Assembly (NCBI RefSeq): GCF_009914755.1 | Contig: NC_060938.1 | Length of the DNA stretch: 64,000 bases | Reading direction: 5' to 3' (one strand) | From: the human T2T-CHM13v2.0 reference genome, Homo sapiens | The notes under the pieces: model-generated | What the model was told of the DNA's origin: nothing | Seen by the model: only the letters and a program-made list of their open reading frames with translations | Database searches by the model: none | In this document: one piece after another, positions 25,325-44,791 of the stretch | Layout of the letters: each line of letters begins with the position of its first letter | Position numbering within the stretch: the stretch's first letter is position 1 | Made by a program: the position numbers and the translations under genes

Positions 25325-25548
25325 AAAGGATGTGAATTTGGAATCAGAGAAACCTGAGTTCCACCATGCTTTCTTCCTCTTGCAATCCATGAAATCCACA
25401 GTGGATTAGTGGATATTACAAAACCTCTGGTCCCACCTCATTAAGATGGAAAAAAATAATACTAATTGAAAGAATGAATGTGATAATGAGAAGAAATGGC
25501 ATCAATAAAGTTTCTGGAACACAGTAAGTTCCAACAAATGCTAGTTCT
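25325..25548 (+). mobile_element. MIR
   Basis: ttggaatcagagaaacctgagttc at the 5' end and ctggaacacagtaagttccaacaaatgctag at the 3' end. Confidence 0.65.
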
Positions 25549-27632
25549 TTTCTTTCATTATTCAAAATCTAAGTAGAAGCCAGTTGGTAATTCCAAGATA
25601 ATAGTATGAAGACAAAAAAAAAGTTTGTTAACTGACCTTCAACCATTGAGACCTTATCTTATAGGAAGCAAAATTAACAAATATTTTCTCCCTTCTACAA
25701 ATGTACACCCTCTGAGAAAGAGAGACAGTGTTCCAATCAAGACGATGACAGTATTCTATGCACACATAGGAAGGGAAGAAGAATAAGAGAGAACCTTTAA
25801 AAAGACAATTTTAGATAGGCATCCTATTTTTACCAGCAATAACATTTTTTAGAACTTACGGCATACAAAATAGACCTTAAATGGTCTCAGTGCTGAGAAA
25901 TTTTTAAAAGCCTGTTTTATTTTCTTCTGTGGTAAATCTAGGAACCAATAAAATAGCTTTGATAATTCACTCATTACATTCTTTCCTAACTAAACTATTT
26001 ACATTATAAACTTTGTTGATATGCTGTGCTTTTGCATTAATAATTCTCATGTGTCTCGTTTGTGAATACATGAAAACTAGTTGTAAAATAAGGAAAATGT
26101 AATTTTGAAACATCTTCAAACACAGTTGCATAATTTAACAAATGTTTATAAATTTTCGTCCTTACTCTAAAACCATAGACATCCTAAAAGTGATTGAAGG
26201 TAAAATGATTTTTTAAAGAACTGGATTTCTCACCATGAGTTATTTTATCTCCATACAAACTGTGGTAGTGTTATACAATGGTTAAGAAGAAATTACTTAA
26301 AAGTGAGTATAAAGATACAGCTTATTAACACTTCGTTTTGTGGATGAGACCTGAAAAATTAAACTTTTCTTCTAGGGACAAGTTGTAGTTGTGTATATAG
26401 AGTGTGAATAGATACTGTCCATATTTTACTGTCATTATTTAAACAGAAACATGTAATTTGCACTTCAAAAACCTACTACAAATTAGCTGTGTCATTTGGA
26501 AGTGTCAAAATTATCTCTTTAGTGATCAGATAGGCTTTTTGCTCATTGTAATGAGATGTTCCTATAAACCAAATTTGAAAGACAAAGACAGAGTTTGGAG
26601 TCCTTAATTTTTGGTAAAATCAGTAGCTCTATTTAGGGCTATATTTGCAAAATACTATTTCTACTCAAGCATATTTTTATTTACAAGGCACTTCACAAAT
26701 GTTGACCACAAAGATGCTTCTACCTAGCAGAAATAATTATAGTTACTTATAGTTGTCTAGGAATATCTTAAACATGGGGTATTAAAATTACTTTCAAGAA
26801 CAAGAAGAAATGTTATACCAGGCATTTTTGCAACTAGTGCTCTATTTCAGTGCAATATTTGTGGCAATTAAAAAACATAAGTGGCTTGTATATACAGCTA
26901 AGATATCAAAGGAAAAATATGCAAAGGCATGATTATTTTATAAATGTGCCACATATGTGACTTGAGGTACAAAACCTCTAAGTTTAAAATTGTATTTTTA
27001 AAAAAGAAATCAAAACAGACAAGTGGGCAATGAGTTATGGATACTATTATAGGGTACCCTGATAAACTAGTAAGAAGAAGACTTTTGGTACTGAAAATTC
27101 CAATTAACCACATGCCTCCATTAAGGCCATGATCACTGCCAATTTTTACTCGCAAAGGCTGGAGCTAGAGTTATGTGGAATTCCATATGTATCTAAACCA
27201 TAGATTTATCAATTATCACTTAAACACAACTTGGAGGACACTATCCAGAATTTGTATGGCTTGGTCTTATTCTAGAGAAACATACACTGGAATAGGCAGT
27301 TGGATTTTAAATTCAGTCTTAAATCTCTTGAAAATAATGCATTTTTTTTCTCAGAGATGAGATATTGTCCAACTCTCTTGACTTATTTTAGATTTGATAT
27401 TATACAGTTCGAACACCATGGAGATTTACTAATCTGAATGAACACATACCAAATTAGTCTTTGCTCCAGTCTCAAAATCTGAGATTAATTCTGGCTGCTG
27501 AAGAAATTTTCCAGGGTTAGGAGTATGCTTCAACGCTGGTGACTGGTACTACTTTCCGGTAAACTATAGGTGACTTGTGCCCTTTCACTGCCTAAACTCA
27601 CTTTGTAGAACACCATTAAATGAAAATCATCA

Positions 27633-27920
<288 letters not shown>

Positions 27921-27949
27921 GAAAATTATCAGTGTTCAGTGACTCTTTT

Positions 27950-28022
27950 TTTTCATGCTGATAAACTATTACACAGAAAAAGAAAATTTTCATGCTGATA
28001 AACTATTACACAGAAAAAGAAA
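27950..28022. repeat. Perfect 37-bp tandem duplication
   Basis: ttttcatgctgataaactattacacagaaaaagaaa twice (catgctg at 27954 and 27991). Confidence 0.95.
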
Positions 28023-28080
28023 TGTATCCTTTATGGACAATTAAAAGGGCTATACAATCTCTCTCATTGTATGATTCTGT

Positions 28081-28405
<325 letters not shown>

Positions 28406-30000
28406 TAACACAATTCCTATTACTTCTGTTTTAATTTTACAAAGCCATAGGTTTTTAATCTGAGAAACTTTTGAGAAAGCACCCAGATAAATTTATAAAT
28501 AGAAAAATAAATTCAGCTACATAGAATTAAGTTTATGATCTAACTAGTCGGTGGCAACTAAAAAATTTTCAAGTTCCATAAACTAAAGTGAAAGGATCAC
28601 TTTCCTGAAAATATTACAAAGGCTTGATAATTACCTGGATTGTACTAAAACCTACACAATCTAGTATATTCTATAGCAGCAATTCATAAAGACAGCTTCA
28701 CTTACCATGTAGAATTTATACGTACACTAAATTTAAGGAATGCGTTAGTTGGTATTGGAGTAGGATAATAACTCACAGCAGAACTGATTTGCATGAATGG
28801 CTATTAAACTATCGTCGATGTAGAAATTAAACGTTAAGCTATTCAGCCCCAGATGTGTGAGAGACAGAGAAAATCTTCAAAAGAGTTCAGCTATCAAATC
28901 CCTTCCTCAATAGCTCTTTGAGTCTCAAGACAGTTTCAACCACACACAGCCTCGGAGTCTTATGGTCCAAACAACATTTGACTGCACTTCTAAAGTAAGC
29001 AAATATTTGAAAAGAAACAATCAAAGATCTATGTCTATAGTTATGGTCAAGGAGGTCCACCTACTGGTGGGTGAGCATGGCAAGGGTAGGGACTAAGCCA
29101 AATGATGGGTTTATCAAAACAGAAACAAGAGAAGCCAATGGAAGCAGAGCCCAGTTTATAACAGGAGCCCAGGCACTTGATGTGGGAACCCTATTTGTCT
29201 CATTTAGCAGCTAGAGTTTTAACGTCCTATGAGGCAGAGCTAATGTCCTTCATTATTATTTTTTTTGTAATTGACTGCATAGTTTAGAACTATGCCTTGA
29301 ATTTAATATCTATCTGTTGAATAAATGAATTAATAATGATGAAAATCTGTCCACAGGTTATATGCAGTACTGAAGAGCAACTTCAGCTATTGAGGTATCT
29401 ATCAGAAGTCTTACTCTCTAAAAAGCCTCTGGTTAATTACTGATATAGGTTGCTGACAATTTCACTCTCACAATGTAGGGGAAGCAGGAATGTTATCTGG
29501 CCTCTTGGCTCCTCTTCCTTTGCCTTCCACAGATCTCTCTGCTGGTTCACAGAGGAAAACTTTCGTGGCTCTCAGTTCATTTTGCAATTCTGGTAGAATT
29601 TCATTCCATCCTCAATGGTAACTAGCTTGTCCTTCACCCAACGCTTATTTATGGAGGGACAGATAGCAAGAAGAAATCGCACTCTGGATTACAAAGTGGG
29701 AAGACGCACCCCCTTGGCCAGAATGCCTGCCTCCTATGTTCATGATGGATATTTCTAATTGATCTTGACACTCTTTTCCACTGAGCCCATGTCCCAAATT
29801 GGCCCTGAGTTAGGGAGAGGGCTCTAGAGTGGGAAAGGTGTACCCAAAACTTCCCTAATCTGACTATCAAGCCTAAAAAATTAAACTTTCAATTCAACAT
29901 CCCTTGTTTCTCCAACTTGGAGTGCCTGATGGTGTGGGAAGCCCCTACTCATACAAATTCATAGTTGAAGATTGTTGGTAATTTTGTCCAACCCCTTCTT

Positions 30001-30446
30001 TTTTTTGTTATACTTTAAGTTGTAGGGTACATGTGCACAACGTGCAGGTTTGTTTCATATGTATACATGTGACATGTTGGTGTGCTGCACCCATTACCTC
30101 GTCATTTACATTAGGTATATATCCTAATGCTTTCCCTCCCCTAGCCCCTCACCCCACAATAGGCCCCAGTGTGTGCTGTTCCTCTTCCTGTGTCCATGTG
30201 TTCTCATTGTTTAATTCCCACCTGTGAGTGAGAACATGCGGTGTTTTTTTGTCCTTGTGATAGTTTGCTGAGAATGATGGTTTCCAGCTTCATCCATGTC
30301 CCTACAAAGGACATGAACTCATCATTTTTATGGCTGCATAGTATTCCATGGTGTTTATGTGCCACATTTTCTTAATCCAGTCTATCATTGTTGGATATTT
30401 GGGTTGGTTCCAAGTCTTTGCTATTGTCAGTAGTGCCTCAATAAAC
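30001..30446 (-). mobile_element. 5'-truncated L1PA5-like 3' end
   Basis: Antisense L1PA 3' UTR and ORF2 end. Approximate TSD AAC(C/T)CCTTCTTT at ~29990 and ~30444. Confidence 0.93.
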
Positions 30447-31803
30447 TCCTTCTTTCTTTGCCTAGTTACACCTCAATGCAACCTCCTGGCAGGCCAGCCT
30501 TAAGCCCAGCAGTCCCACCATGCATCTAAGCTGCGTTCTCATCAGACCCAACTTCAATTATAAACAACTGAGATGATGCCAGAGGCCAGAATCCCTGAGA
30601 ACCCAATTTGCTGTCATCACCATGGCTGAAACAAGGCACTTGGCATCTAGAAAAGCTGATCTGTAGGAAATTTCCAATAGAGTTCAATTTTTCTAAGTTT
30701 AAAGTGTACAATATCATCAAGGTCAGACACTCGAGATAAAACTAGGCTTGTGTTTAAATATAATAAAAATATTTGAAGAATAGTAAGAGTGGTGACTACT
30801 TTTACACAGGAATGTTTTAAATAAATTGTTTTTTTCTGGTGCCTTTTAAATTTTGTGATTTGTCAATGAGATGCTGATATATTTTTAATGAAGTATGCCT
30901 TGTAAAATAATAAGTGAATGAAAAATACACAGTAATATTCACATCAACAAAGCTAGAAGAAGACTGTATGTCTCAAGAGGCTCCATCATCTACCCAGTGG
31001 CCACTTGACCAAATTAAGATCCAAATACCAAAAAGAAAAGTAATTAAAATTTGTGTTGTATGCCTTATAAGACCAAACCTATAAAATGAGGGGAAACTTC
31101 ACAATTACTTGTAATTTGCTCTGTGGAATTGTAACAGATGGATTATAAAGATGATTCCATGATAAACATCTAAATGTGGTTACTACCTTCTGTGCTTTCT
31201 TGGTTCATATTTTTATTGTTTTTTCTTTATAAACAGATAATTCATTCTTATCTATGGTAATGCAAACTTTTCAGATGTATTGAATATGTCATAGTTTTTT
31301 TCTATTGTAGGCATCTCTAAAAAAGATATAGAAAACAAACAGAGCAAAGTCTGGTGTTGGAAAGGAGAGAGAAATAAAGCTTGTAAAGGAATGAAAATTA
31401 GAGCTTTCTGGAGATAAAAATTCTTAGAAGATACAAAAGCTAGTTACTGAATTAGATGAAGGTTCTTTTTCAGTTTTTCCCATTGTTCACCTCTTAGAAG
31501 ACACATATTCACAGCAGAAAAGAAAGAAAGGGTTAAAAAGAAAATACCTCAGTGTAGTGAGACTGTAATTTCATGAGGGCATTACTGAAGACTCACTTTT
31601 TCCAGCATCACTCAGCATGGTATTATGCATGTGTGTAATGTAAAGGAAAGTGAATACGCATTCTTGGATGTGTGATAAAATCGCAATTCCAGAATATAAT
31701 CAGAAGCTGATTCATTATCCTCTTGAGATTTCACAATCTTTCCATCAGGAATTAAAATTCAGAAGAGGGTAAATGTATCTAATCTTTTGAAAGTTAAAAA
31801 TTA

Positions 31804-32822
31804 GAGGGTGGAGCCAAGATGGCCGAATAGGAACAGCTCCAGTCTACAGCTCCCAGCGTGAGTGATGCAGAAGACGGGTGATTTCTGCATTTCCAACTGA
31901 GGTACCAGGTTCATCTCACTGGGGAGTGCTGGACAGTGGGTGCAGCGCACCATGCATGAGCCAAAGCAGGGCAAGGCATCACCTCACCTGGGAAGCACTA
32001 GGGGTCAGGGAATTCCCTTTCCTAGTCAAAGAAAGGGGTGACAGATGGCACCTGGAAAATCAGGTCACTCCCACCCTAATACTGCGCTTTTCCAACAGGC
32101 TTATCAAATGGCACACCAGGAGATTATATCCAGCACCTGGCTTGGAGGGTCCTACACCCCCGGAGCCTCGCTGTTTGCTAGCACAGCAGTCTGAGATCAA
32201 ACTGCAAGGTAACAGTGGGGCTGGGGGAGGGGGGCGCCCGCCATTGCTCGGGCTTGAGTAAGTAAACAAAGCAGCCAGGAAGTTCGAACTGGGTGGAGCC
32301 CACCACAGCTCAAGGAGGCCAGCCTGCCTCTGTAGGCTCCACCTCGCTGGGCAGGGCACAGACCAACAAAAGACAGCAATAACCTCTGCAGACTTAAATG
32401 TCCCTGTCTGACAGCTTTGAAGAGAGTAGTGGTTCTCCCAGCATGCAGCTTGAGATCTGAGAACGGGCAGACAACCCCCACCTAGTGGGTCCCTGAACCC
32501 CAATAGCCTAACTGGGAGGCACCCCCCAGTAGGCGCAGACTGACACCTCACATGGCCAGGTACCCCTCTGAGACAAAACCTCCAGAGGAACGATCAGGCA
32601 GCAGCATTTGCACTTCACCAATATCCACTGTTCTGCAGCCACCACTGCTGATACCCCCCAGGCAAATAGTGTCTGGAGGAGACCTCCAGTAAACTCCAAC
32701 AGACCTGCAGCTGAGGGCCCTGACTGTTAGAAGGAAAACTAACAAACAGAAAGGACATCCACACCAAAACCCCATCTGTATGTCACCATCATCAAGGACC
32801 AAAGGTAGATAAAACCACAAAG
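31804..32822 (+). promoter_or_regulatory. L1 5' UTR internal promoter, including the YY1 site (CAAGATGGCC) and the segment absent from L1PA2/L1HS
   Basis: YY1 motif at ~31815-31824. Extra ~130 bp at ~32563-32694 between ggccaggta and tccaacagacctgcag. CpGs largely decayed. Confidence 0.8.
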
Positions 32823-33840
32823 ATGGGGAAAAAAAGAGCAGAAAAACTGGAAACTCTAAAAATCAGAGTGCCTATCCTCCTCCAAAGGAATGCAACTCCT
32901 CACCAGCAATGGAACAAAGCTGGACGGAGAATGACTTTGAAGAGTTGAGAGAGGAAGACTTCAGAAGATCAAAGTACTCCGAGCTAAAGGAGGAAGTTCG
33001 AACCAATGGCAAAGAAGTTAAAAACTTTGAAAAAAAAAATTAGACGAATGGATAACTAGAATAACCAATGTGGAGAAGTCCTTAAAGGACCTGATGGAGC
33101 TGAAAACCATGGCACGAGAACTACACGACAAATGCATAAGCCTCAGTAACCGATGTGATCAACGGGAAGAAAGGGTATCAGCGATGGAAGATGAAATGAA
33201 TGAAATGAAGCATGAAGAGAAGTTTAGAGAAAAAAGAATAAAAAGAAATGAACAAAGCCTCCAAGAAATATGGGACTATGTCAATAGAACAAATCTACGT
33301 CTATTTGGTTTACCTGAAAGTGACGGGGAGAATGGAACCAAGTTGGAAAACACTCTGCAGGATATTATCCAGGAGAACTTCCCCAATCTAGCAAGGCAGG
33401 CCAACATTCACATTCAGGAAATACAGAGAATGCCACAAAGATACTCCTCGAGAAGAGCAATTCCAAGACACATAATTGCCAGATTCACCAAAGTTGAAAT
33501 GAAAGAAAAAATTTTAAAGGCAGCCAGAGAGAAAGGTCGGGTTACCCACAAAAGGAAGCCCATCAGACTAACTGCTGATCTCTCTGCAGAAACTCTATAA
33601 GCCAGAAGAGAGTAGGGGCCAATATTCAACATTCTTAAAGGAAAGAATTTTCAACCCAGAATTTCATATCCAGCCAAACTAACCTTCATAAGTGAGGGAG
33701 AAATAATATGCTCCACAGACAAGCAAATGCTGAGAGATTTTGTCACCACCAGGCCTGCCCTAAAAGATCTCCTGAAGGAAGCACTAAACATGGAAAGGAA
33801 CAACTGGTACCAGCCACTGTAAAACCATGCCAAATTGTAA
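32823..33840 (+). pseudogene. L1 ORF1p remnant (disrupted)
   Basis: ATGGGGAAAAAA start. The 33070-33600 ORF gives the ORF1 coiled-coil/RRM sequence (…QEIWDYV…IIQENFPNLARQAN…). Premature TAA at 33598-33600 and frameshifts. Confidence 0.93.
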
Positions 33841-33903
33841 AGACCATCAAGGCTAGGAAGAAACTGCATAAACTAACGAGGAAAATAACCAGCTAACGTC
33901 ATA

Positions 33904-37726
<3,823 letters not shown>

Positions 37727-38589
37727 ACAATGAGGAAACATGGATACAGGAAGGGGAACATCACACACTGGGGACTGTTGTGGGGTGGGTGGAGGGGGTA
37801 GGGATAGCATTAGGAGATATACCTAATGTTAAATGAGGAGTTAATGGGTGCAGCACACCAACATGGCACATGTGTACATATGTAGCAAACCTACACTTTG
37901 TGCACATGTACCCTAAAACTTAAAGTATAATAAAAAAAAATTAACAGGAGCCTTTTATACAGATAAATTTGATTTGCATCATGATCAGCACTAAAGAGCA
38001 TTACAGATTTAAACCATATTTACACAGTTAAAACAATGTAACCAAATATGCAATATATTATGTAACATTGTACAAGATGCTTTTCAAACGTGCAAACTGA
38101 CCTTTAAAACAATTTTACATAAAATAATATTTTTAGGTAAGAGAAAAGACAGACATGGGGTTAGGGCAAAATATTTCTGTTCAAATTACAAAATCCTGAA
38201 TGACAAATCACAGGATAGAAAAAAATTATATTGTACCTGGAATTTGAAGTCTTCAAATTTATTTATTTATATGTATCTATATGTATTAATGGAGACATAT
38301 TAGTTTAGAACAGTTATATTTTGAAGATGTCATTCTTTAAAAAATTATTAATATCTACATGATTGCTGCAGATATTTTAATTTTAAACAAATATTTTTCA
38401 CTAATGTGACCAGTATTTGTGTCCTATTTTATTAAACAGACATTTCAAGATTCTTTTAGAGTTAATTTTTAAAAATTAAGTATCATAAATATTTCTGAAG
38501 TACTACCTTAAAAAAAACCCTTTCCTGGCTTTTCATATAGTTAAACATTTTCATAATGACTAAAAAGTTAAAAATAAATTAACAACCAT

Positions 38590-39060
38590 AATCAAATTAG
38601 AATTCTACTTTTTATATCAGATGAAATACTATATAAAATGTCCAGAATATCTAGTGTTAATGAGGCTGTGCAGCCTGGACATTTGATGTCTCATCTGTGG
38701 GAATGTGAACTAACCCAACCATTCTGAATAATTATTGGCTCTGTGTGTTAACAGTCTAGAGTCCTGAAACAAGGATCTTAATTCTAAAATAAAATCCTAT
38801 TCTAAGAATATACCAATGGTTGATAATCAAGGAAGTTTCAAAGTTATACAGAAGAACCTTCATCCTAGCATTATATATGTAATCATCCATATAAACCAGA
38901 TAGTGTTGAATGAAACTGCAGAAAAACAAAGAGACTACAGAATATGTTTCTCTTTGTGTACAACTGTAAATGTACACATCTATCCATGTAAAATTTTACA
39001 TCTCAGGAGGATAGGTACCAACATGTTAACATGCTATATCTATAAGATAAGAAATTTTAC
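38590..39060 (+). mobile_element. Highly degraded L1M (L1ME-like) 3' fragment
   Basis: agtgttaatgaggctgtg…tgtgggaatgtgaactaacccaaccattctg resembles the end of old L1 ORF2. Confidence 0.5.
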
Positions 39061-39076
39061 TTCCCTACAATTTCAT

Positions 39077-39194
39077 ACACACACACACACACACACTCTC
39101 AAACACACATACACACACACCGAGGATATATACACACACAAATATATATATAAACATACATGTTTATATAGGTACACACACACATACATATACA
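39077..39194. repeat. Imperfect (CA)n/(TA)n microsatellite
   Basis: acacacacacacac…atatata runs. Confidence 0.9.
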
Positions 39195-39539
39195 CAGATG
39201 GTCAACAACTGATAATGGTTCAATCTATGATTTTTTTTACTTTATGATGAAGCAAAAGTGATAGCTTTGAATAGAATATAACCATTCTGCTTTTCACTTT
39301 CAGTACAATATTCAACAAATTACATAAAATATCCAATACTTTATTATAAAGCAGGTTTTGTATTCAATGATTTTGCCCAATTGTCAGCTGATGTAAGTGT
39401 TCTGAGCACATTAAAGGTATGCCAGGCTAAGCTGTGATATTCAGTAAGTTAGGTATTAAATACATTTTTAACTTACTGTATTTTCAATTTATAATCAGCT
39501 TATCAAGACTTAACCCCATTGTACATTGAAAAGCATTTG
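39195..39539 (-). mobile_element. MER47A / Tigger5-family non-autonomous DNA transposon
   Basis: Termini cagatg…catttg followed by TA. Internal tgtaagtgttctgagcac…ggctaagct motif. Confidence 0.85.
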
Positions 39540-39642
39540 TATTGCATTAAACATGTTATATAATATTTTTAATTGAAATTACTGGCAACTTTTGAAAAAA
39601 TGTAATGAAATAATGTGCTTTGCTATTGGTTAAAATATTTTT

Positions 39643-39955
<313 letters not shown>

Positions 39956-42900
39956 AAGTTTTTAGCTTCAAGTAACAGAATAGTCTACTAATTGAAGAAA
40001 AAAACAAGGAGCAACTTTGACCAAATCGCACAACAAATAGATGGTATCAATGCTTAGTTAATTCAACATGATCCACTTCTTTGTGATTCTCTTATCTTTC
40101 TACCTATGTTTTCAAGATGGCTATGGCATTCCCAGCCTTACAACTTCATGTGACAAAATCCAATGGCAGGAAATAATAAGTGACGGCATTTTGGAACTTT
40201 AAGGAAAAACTTTAAGGATTGGAAAACAGGGATGCCATATGTCCAGTAACATGGGATAGCCGCTCCTAATTAAGGATTGCTGTATGTCCTGAATGACTTT
40301 CTAATGTAATGAAGGTGAATAACCTGCTCTGTTTAATTATACAATCCCAAATGTAACTGCCTAAGTGTCAAGTACTTTTGCATGGTTTTAATATGCCATG
40401 AATTTTGCAAGAATGAAACTGCTATGTATATGAGAAAAGACGGTAGATTTTTTCATTTAGATACTCATTTCAGAGTCTCAATAGGAAAAATAGAACACAC
40501 ACAAACTAAGATAATTTAACATGGGTTTATTTCCAAAGAGACTACTTACGAAAATGTCAGGGGAGAAGGGTGAAGGAATCACAGAAATCACACCCCACAA
40601 TAACTCTGGGTTAGTAGCAGCAGGCAAAGTTCTGGGGAGTAGACTGCCCTGATCACACAAGGAAACACTAATTTTCTTATGAAAAAATTGGTCAAGGAGA
40701 CCTAGCAGAGAGGGAGTTAGGCAATAACCCCCAATCTCATTTCCTCCTTCCCTTTAATCTCATGAACATGCATAGAAGGCAATGAGCAAGGGAACCGATG
40801 GAGATATTCAATATGGACCATTCCACTTGGACAAAAGCCAGTAAATAGGGGAGTATAACAGGGGACAAGGGCCAAACAGAAAGTATCTATTACATTTACC
40901 AATGCAGATCAATCATGTCAACAATAGAAATGGCAGTTTTGGCATTTGGTTATTCAATGAAACTATATTTGTAGCTTTTTATTTACAATGTTTCAAGGTA
41001 TGGGCGAAGATATGAAAATTTCATTATGTTCTATTGTATTTGATATGTAAATGTTCTGGCACAATTATATACATTTTGGATTATATATTGACAGTAAATT
41101 ATTTCTCCTTTGTTAGCTTCAGAACAAAATTAATATTTTCAACAACTTCAATGCATACATTGTGTTCTCACTAATAGTTTAGAATAGTGAAGGGGTCTTT
41201 GAAGAATTTCTTATGAAGTAGAGGCATTGGGTCAGACAGAGCCGAAAACCATTGACTTAGATTAATCACTATTTATCCTAGGGCTGAAGAGGGCCAATTG
41301 AAGACACAAATGTCCAATCCCTCTATAACCTTGGAGATCTATGAACCAGAGAAATAGAGACTGGTTCTTAAGGAGGTAATAAGTGTGCCTTCTATGGTTT
41401 ATAATAATATGCATTGTCTTAACAATCGAATACTTAAAAGTTAATGCCCTCATAATATGCAAAATTTTTAATAAGCACATTGGTCCCTGTGTTCAAGTAG
41501 TTGGTAATCAAATTAGTGAAGTATGGTAAGTCTTTTGAAGAGCATTAAACAGCAGAGAATGTAAGAAATTTTTCTCTATAATAGTGTGGGCCTTCTGTGT
41601 TTCCTAAGGGAACATTCATATGATCTAATAACTGAGCAGAGAGAAGCCTAAAGGATATTTAATGGTTTCATTTTTTTGTTTTTGCCAATTAACATACATT
41701 TCTAGATTAAAAGTCAACTATCTTTTCCTTGGGAGTCAACTATAGGAGAAGATAGTGAAGAGGCAAGGAAAATTACAGCAGCTCAACAACTTTACCCTGG
41801 AAATATCTGTATTGTGTACCGCTATAGCCTACCTTTATCAGTCAGATAACAATGTCAAAGAGGCAAGCTTGGCACCATTGCTCTTAGTGAATCTCTGCTG
41901 CCAGCCTTTTATCCTAAGTGCTCTCCAAAGACCCATTTAATGGACCTTTCTGAAATTGTGCTCAGGATCAATATGAGGCTCATTGATACAGCAGCTTTGG
42001 AACTCACCATTTGCTTATTTATTAAACCTGGGATATTTGCCCGACTTCTATCATCTGAAATCCTCTCCATGACTTTCAAAATTACCAACATTGGTTCCAA
42101 CATCATTCCTAGAAAACATTTCAGTGGAGTATATTTATCTGACATTTGACTGTATTTATAGCAGTAAGAATATATGATGATTCCTCTTAAAATAATCCCA
42201 CAATTACCCATTTTGGGTCACCTTTGAGGGTCTTATCCTTAATATCAGAGATCTGTTCTATACATTTGAGTCTTAGAAATAATTACTAGCTTCTCTCTGA
42301 ATTTAACTGAAGTTCCTTACTTTTATTCAGCCTGTTACCCAAATTACATAATGTATTGAAAGCTAAAAACTGTCCAAATTTCTGATTACCTTTAGTTAAA
42401 AATGGGAATATGACTTTTTCTTTTTCTAACTTGGCAAAGATTATGTTTTTTTCATGAAGAAGTACTGACATATTTAAACACTCAGGATCTGAGAATTTGA
42501 AATACATGAAACTTAGCAAGTGGTCTTTAAGTAGTTTTCATTTCTAAATTATAGTACATAGCATTGAATGCTACAGAAGAAAAGACAATGAGGGATTACT
42601 CATAAACATTGCCTTTATGATATCCTTCCAAAGAAAACCAAGTGTCCCTGTGCTTGGACTCATAAAGCAGAAATGCTTACCTTGCTTTTATGTCACTAAC
42701 AAACAATTTTGCCTAGTCATTGAATTCTAATGCATTTAAGCCATCTTGAGAGTAGAGCCCCTAGGGAAAACTACAAATGGAAAATTCATTGATTTTTGAT
42801 TTTGCTTTCCTATGGATTAAATTTAACACTTTCTTGTAAATCTCTCCCTTTGCAGATCATATGTGATAAATAGTTATCCAACTTTCTAGATATCCACCCA

Positions 42901-43734
42901 GAGCTGCTTCCATATGAAGAGGTGGAAACGGATTCTGTGCATGATACTGGTTAGGATTGGGAACTGTTTTTTTTTAAAGGAGATTTTTAAAATTTGTTTT
43001 CCTTGTACACATAGCCATAATATTGTGTTGCTAACTGCCCTCTGGGAACAAAGTCATGTCAATCACAAATATATTGCCTAAAGTGGGAGGCTTATTACTC
43101 TGCTGTGAATTCCATCTCCTATTATGTTTTAAAGATGTTACAAACTTGAGACATTACTATGTAGATGACATTCCCAGCAAATCCCCAAACAACACTTAAT
43201 GAGATTTCAAATACCAGGATCATGCAACAGTAAAAGATATAAGGAAATAAAGAAAAGCACAGTATATTTGTAGAAGGCATTAAAACACAAATTTTATAAT
43301 TATGAATGCATATAATAAGGAACAAGTTTTATTCTAAATAGCAATTAAATGAGAACTATGATATAGGGAATAAAAGTGAATATTAAACCATTGTACCGAC
43401 AATAACAGAGCCCTTTTTCTGCTGCGTGATGGAATTTAGTGTTTACTAAGGAAGAAAAAAATGCAAGATATCTTAAATTAGGTACTTTCCAACAAATTTA
43501 AGAAATGTGTACACACTTGAGGAGACTTAAGAAGTCTCTGACTAAAACACTAGAAAAGAAAAGCAGTGAAAAGCCAAATAACTATTACTCAACAATAACA
43601 ACATTTGTTACTATTATATTAATATTAAACACACTATTAAGCAACAACATTTCAGTTACTCACTGAGCCCAAAGTCATTTTTCATGAACCCTTCACAACA
43701 CTGATAACCTATTGAAAAATGATTGAAAACAAAA

Positions 43735-43920
43735 AAGCTTATTGCTTTCCAAGTCCTTTTAAAGCCTTCTCATGTGTCATTTCATATAATCCTTATAACG
43801 AATCTATGGAGTATATACTGACTTTATCTCTGTACAGAAAAGAAAACTGAGTCATATTCAGAATAAGTTGCAAAGTTTCCCAGATAATCAGTGTCATAGG
43901 TGAAATTTGATGTCACAGTG
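43735..43920 (-). mobile_element. MIR fragment
   Basis: tcatttcatataatccttataac…tacagaaaagaaaactgag antisense core. Confidence 0.6.
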
Positions 43921-43939
43921 TAGTCAAGTGTAATTTAGG

Positions 43940-44170
43940 GAAGCAGTACAAATGACGGTTGAAAGCACAGGTTCTGGGGTAAATAGCCTGAAGTCAAAAT
44001 CTAGTTCATAGCCTCAGTGGCTGTGTGATCTTGGGAAATTTCCCTTAACTCTCTGTGTCTTGGTTTTATAGTTTCATCCATTTTTGCCTCTCATATGAGC
44101 TGGTGAGCATTACACTAGTTTATGCTTCTAGGACACTGAAAACAGTACCTGGCTCTTGATAAATATTAAC
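43940..44170 (+). mobile_element. MIR
   Basis: ggttgaaagcacaggttctgg…gctgtgtgatcttgggaaatttcccttaactctctgtgtct…aacagtacctggc. Confidence 0.75.
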
Positions 44171-44791
44171 AATTTTGTTTCATTGTCTTCACCTTGAGTA
44201 TTTCATGGCCAGATGGAAATCAATGTCAATATGAAAAAATGTTCATAATTCAGCAGGAAGAAATACAAAACCATATAAACAACTTTGTTTTACTGGCAAG
44301 TGTATTGGGAAGCTATGTTAAATTGAGAAGGGGAAGGGAAAGCCTCTAAGGGCATCGATTAATCAATGACCGAAAGCTGATGAGACTTGTCTGGAATTTT
44401 TTTTTGGAGACTCTGATACTTAAAATTTTGACAAAATAAGGAGATGAACTGAGTAGTGTGGAACAGACATTTTGTGAAGTCAGCAGAGAAAGGAGAGACA
44501 AATATGGTAAGGGGAAAATGGTATGAACTAATAATATCTATGAAGTGCTTTCTAAAGTATAACACATGTAAGTTGTGTTAAATGTAAACTATCATGATTA
44601 TATCATTACTGTCTGACTGATACAACTATATCCACCTCAGTTAGCCACATAAGATCAATTTTCCTATACCTTAGAGAATACCAGTAACCTCCAGTTCAGA
44701 AACAGCATAAATATTTATCCACAGCTGAGCAGACACATACAGCTAGCTACCAGATGAAATGGGCTATATCTTCAAATACTATTGTTTTCTG

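Noticed and set aside
31878-32820. ORFs in the L1 5' UTR (including possible ORF0)
   Set aside because: Typical L1 UTR translations; I could not verify an intact ORF0.
38816-39247. 143-aa ORF with an HT-repeat
   Set aside because: Translation of a (CA)n microsatellite and TE remnants.
41755-42211. Cluster of short ORFs on both strands in unique sequence
   Set aside because: No recognisable protein family or exon structure; lengths are within chance expectation.
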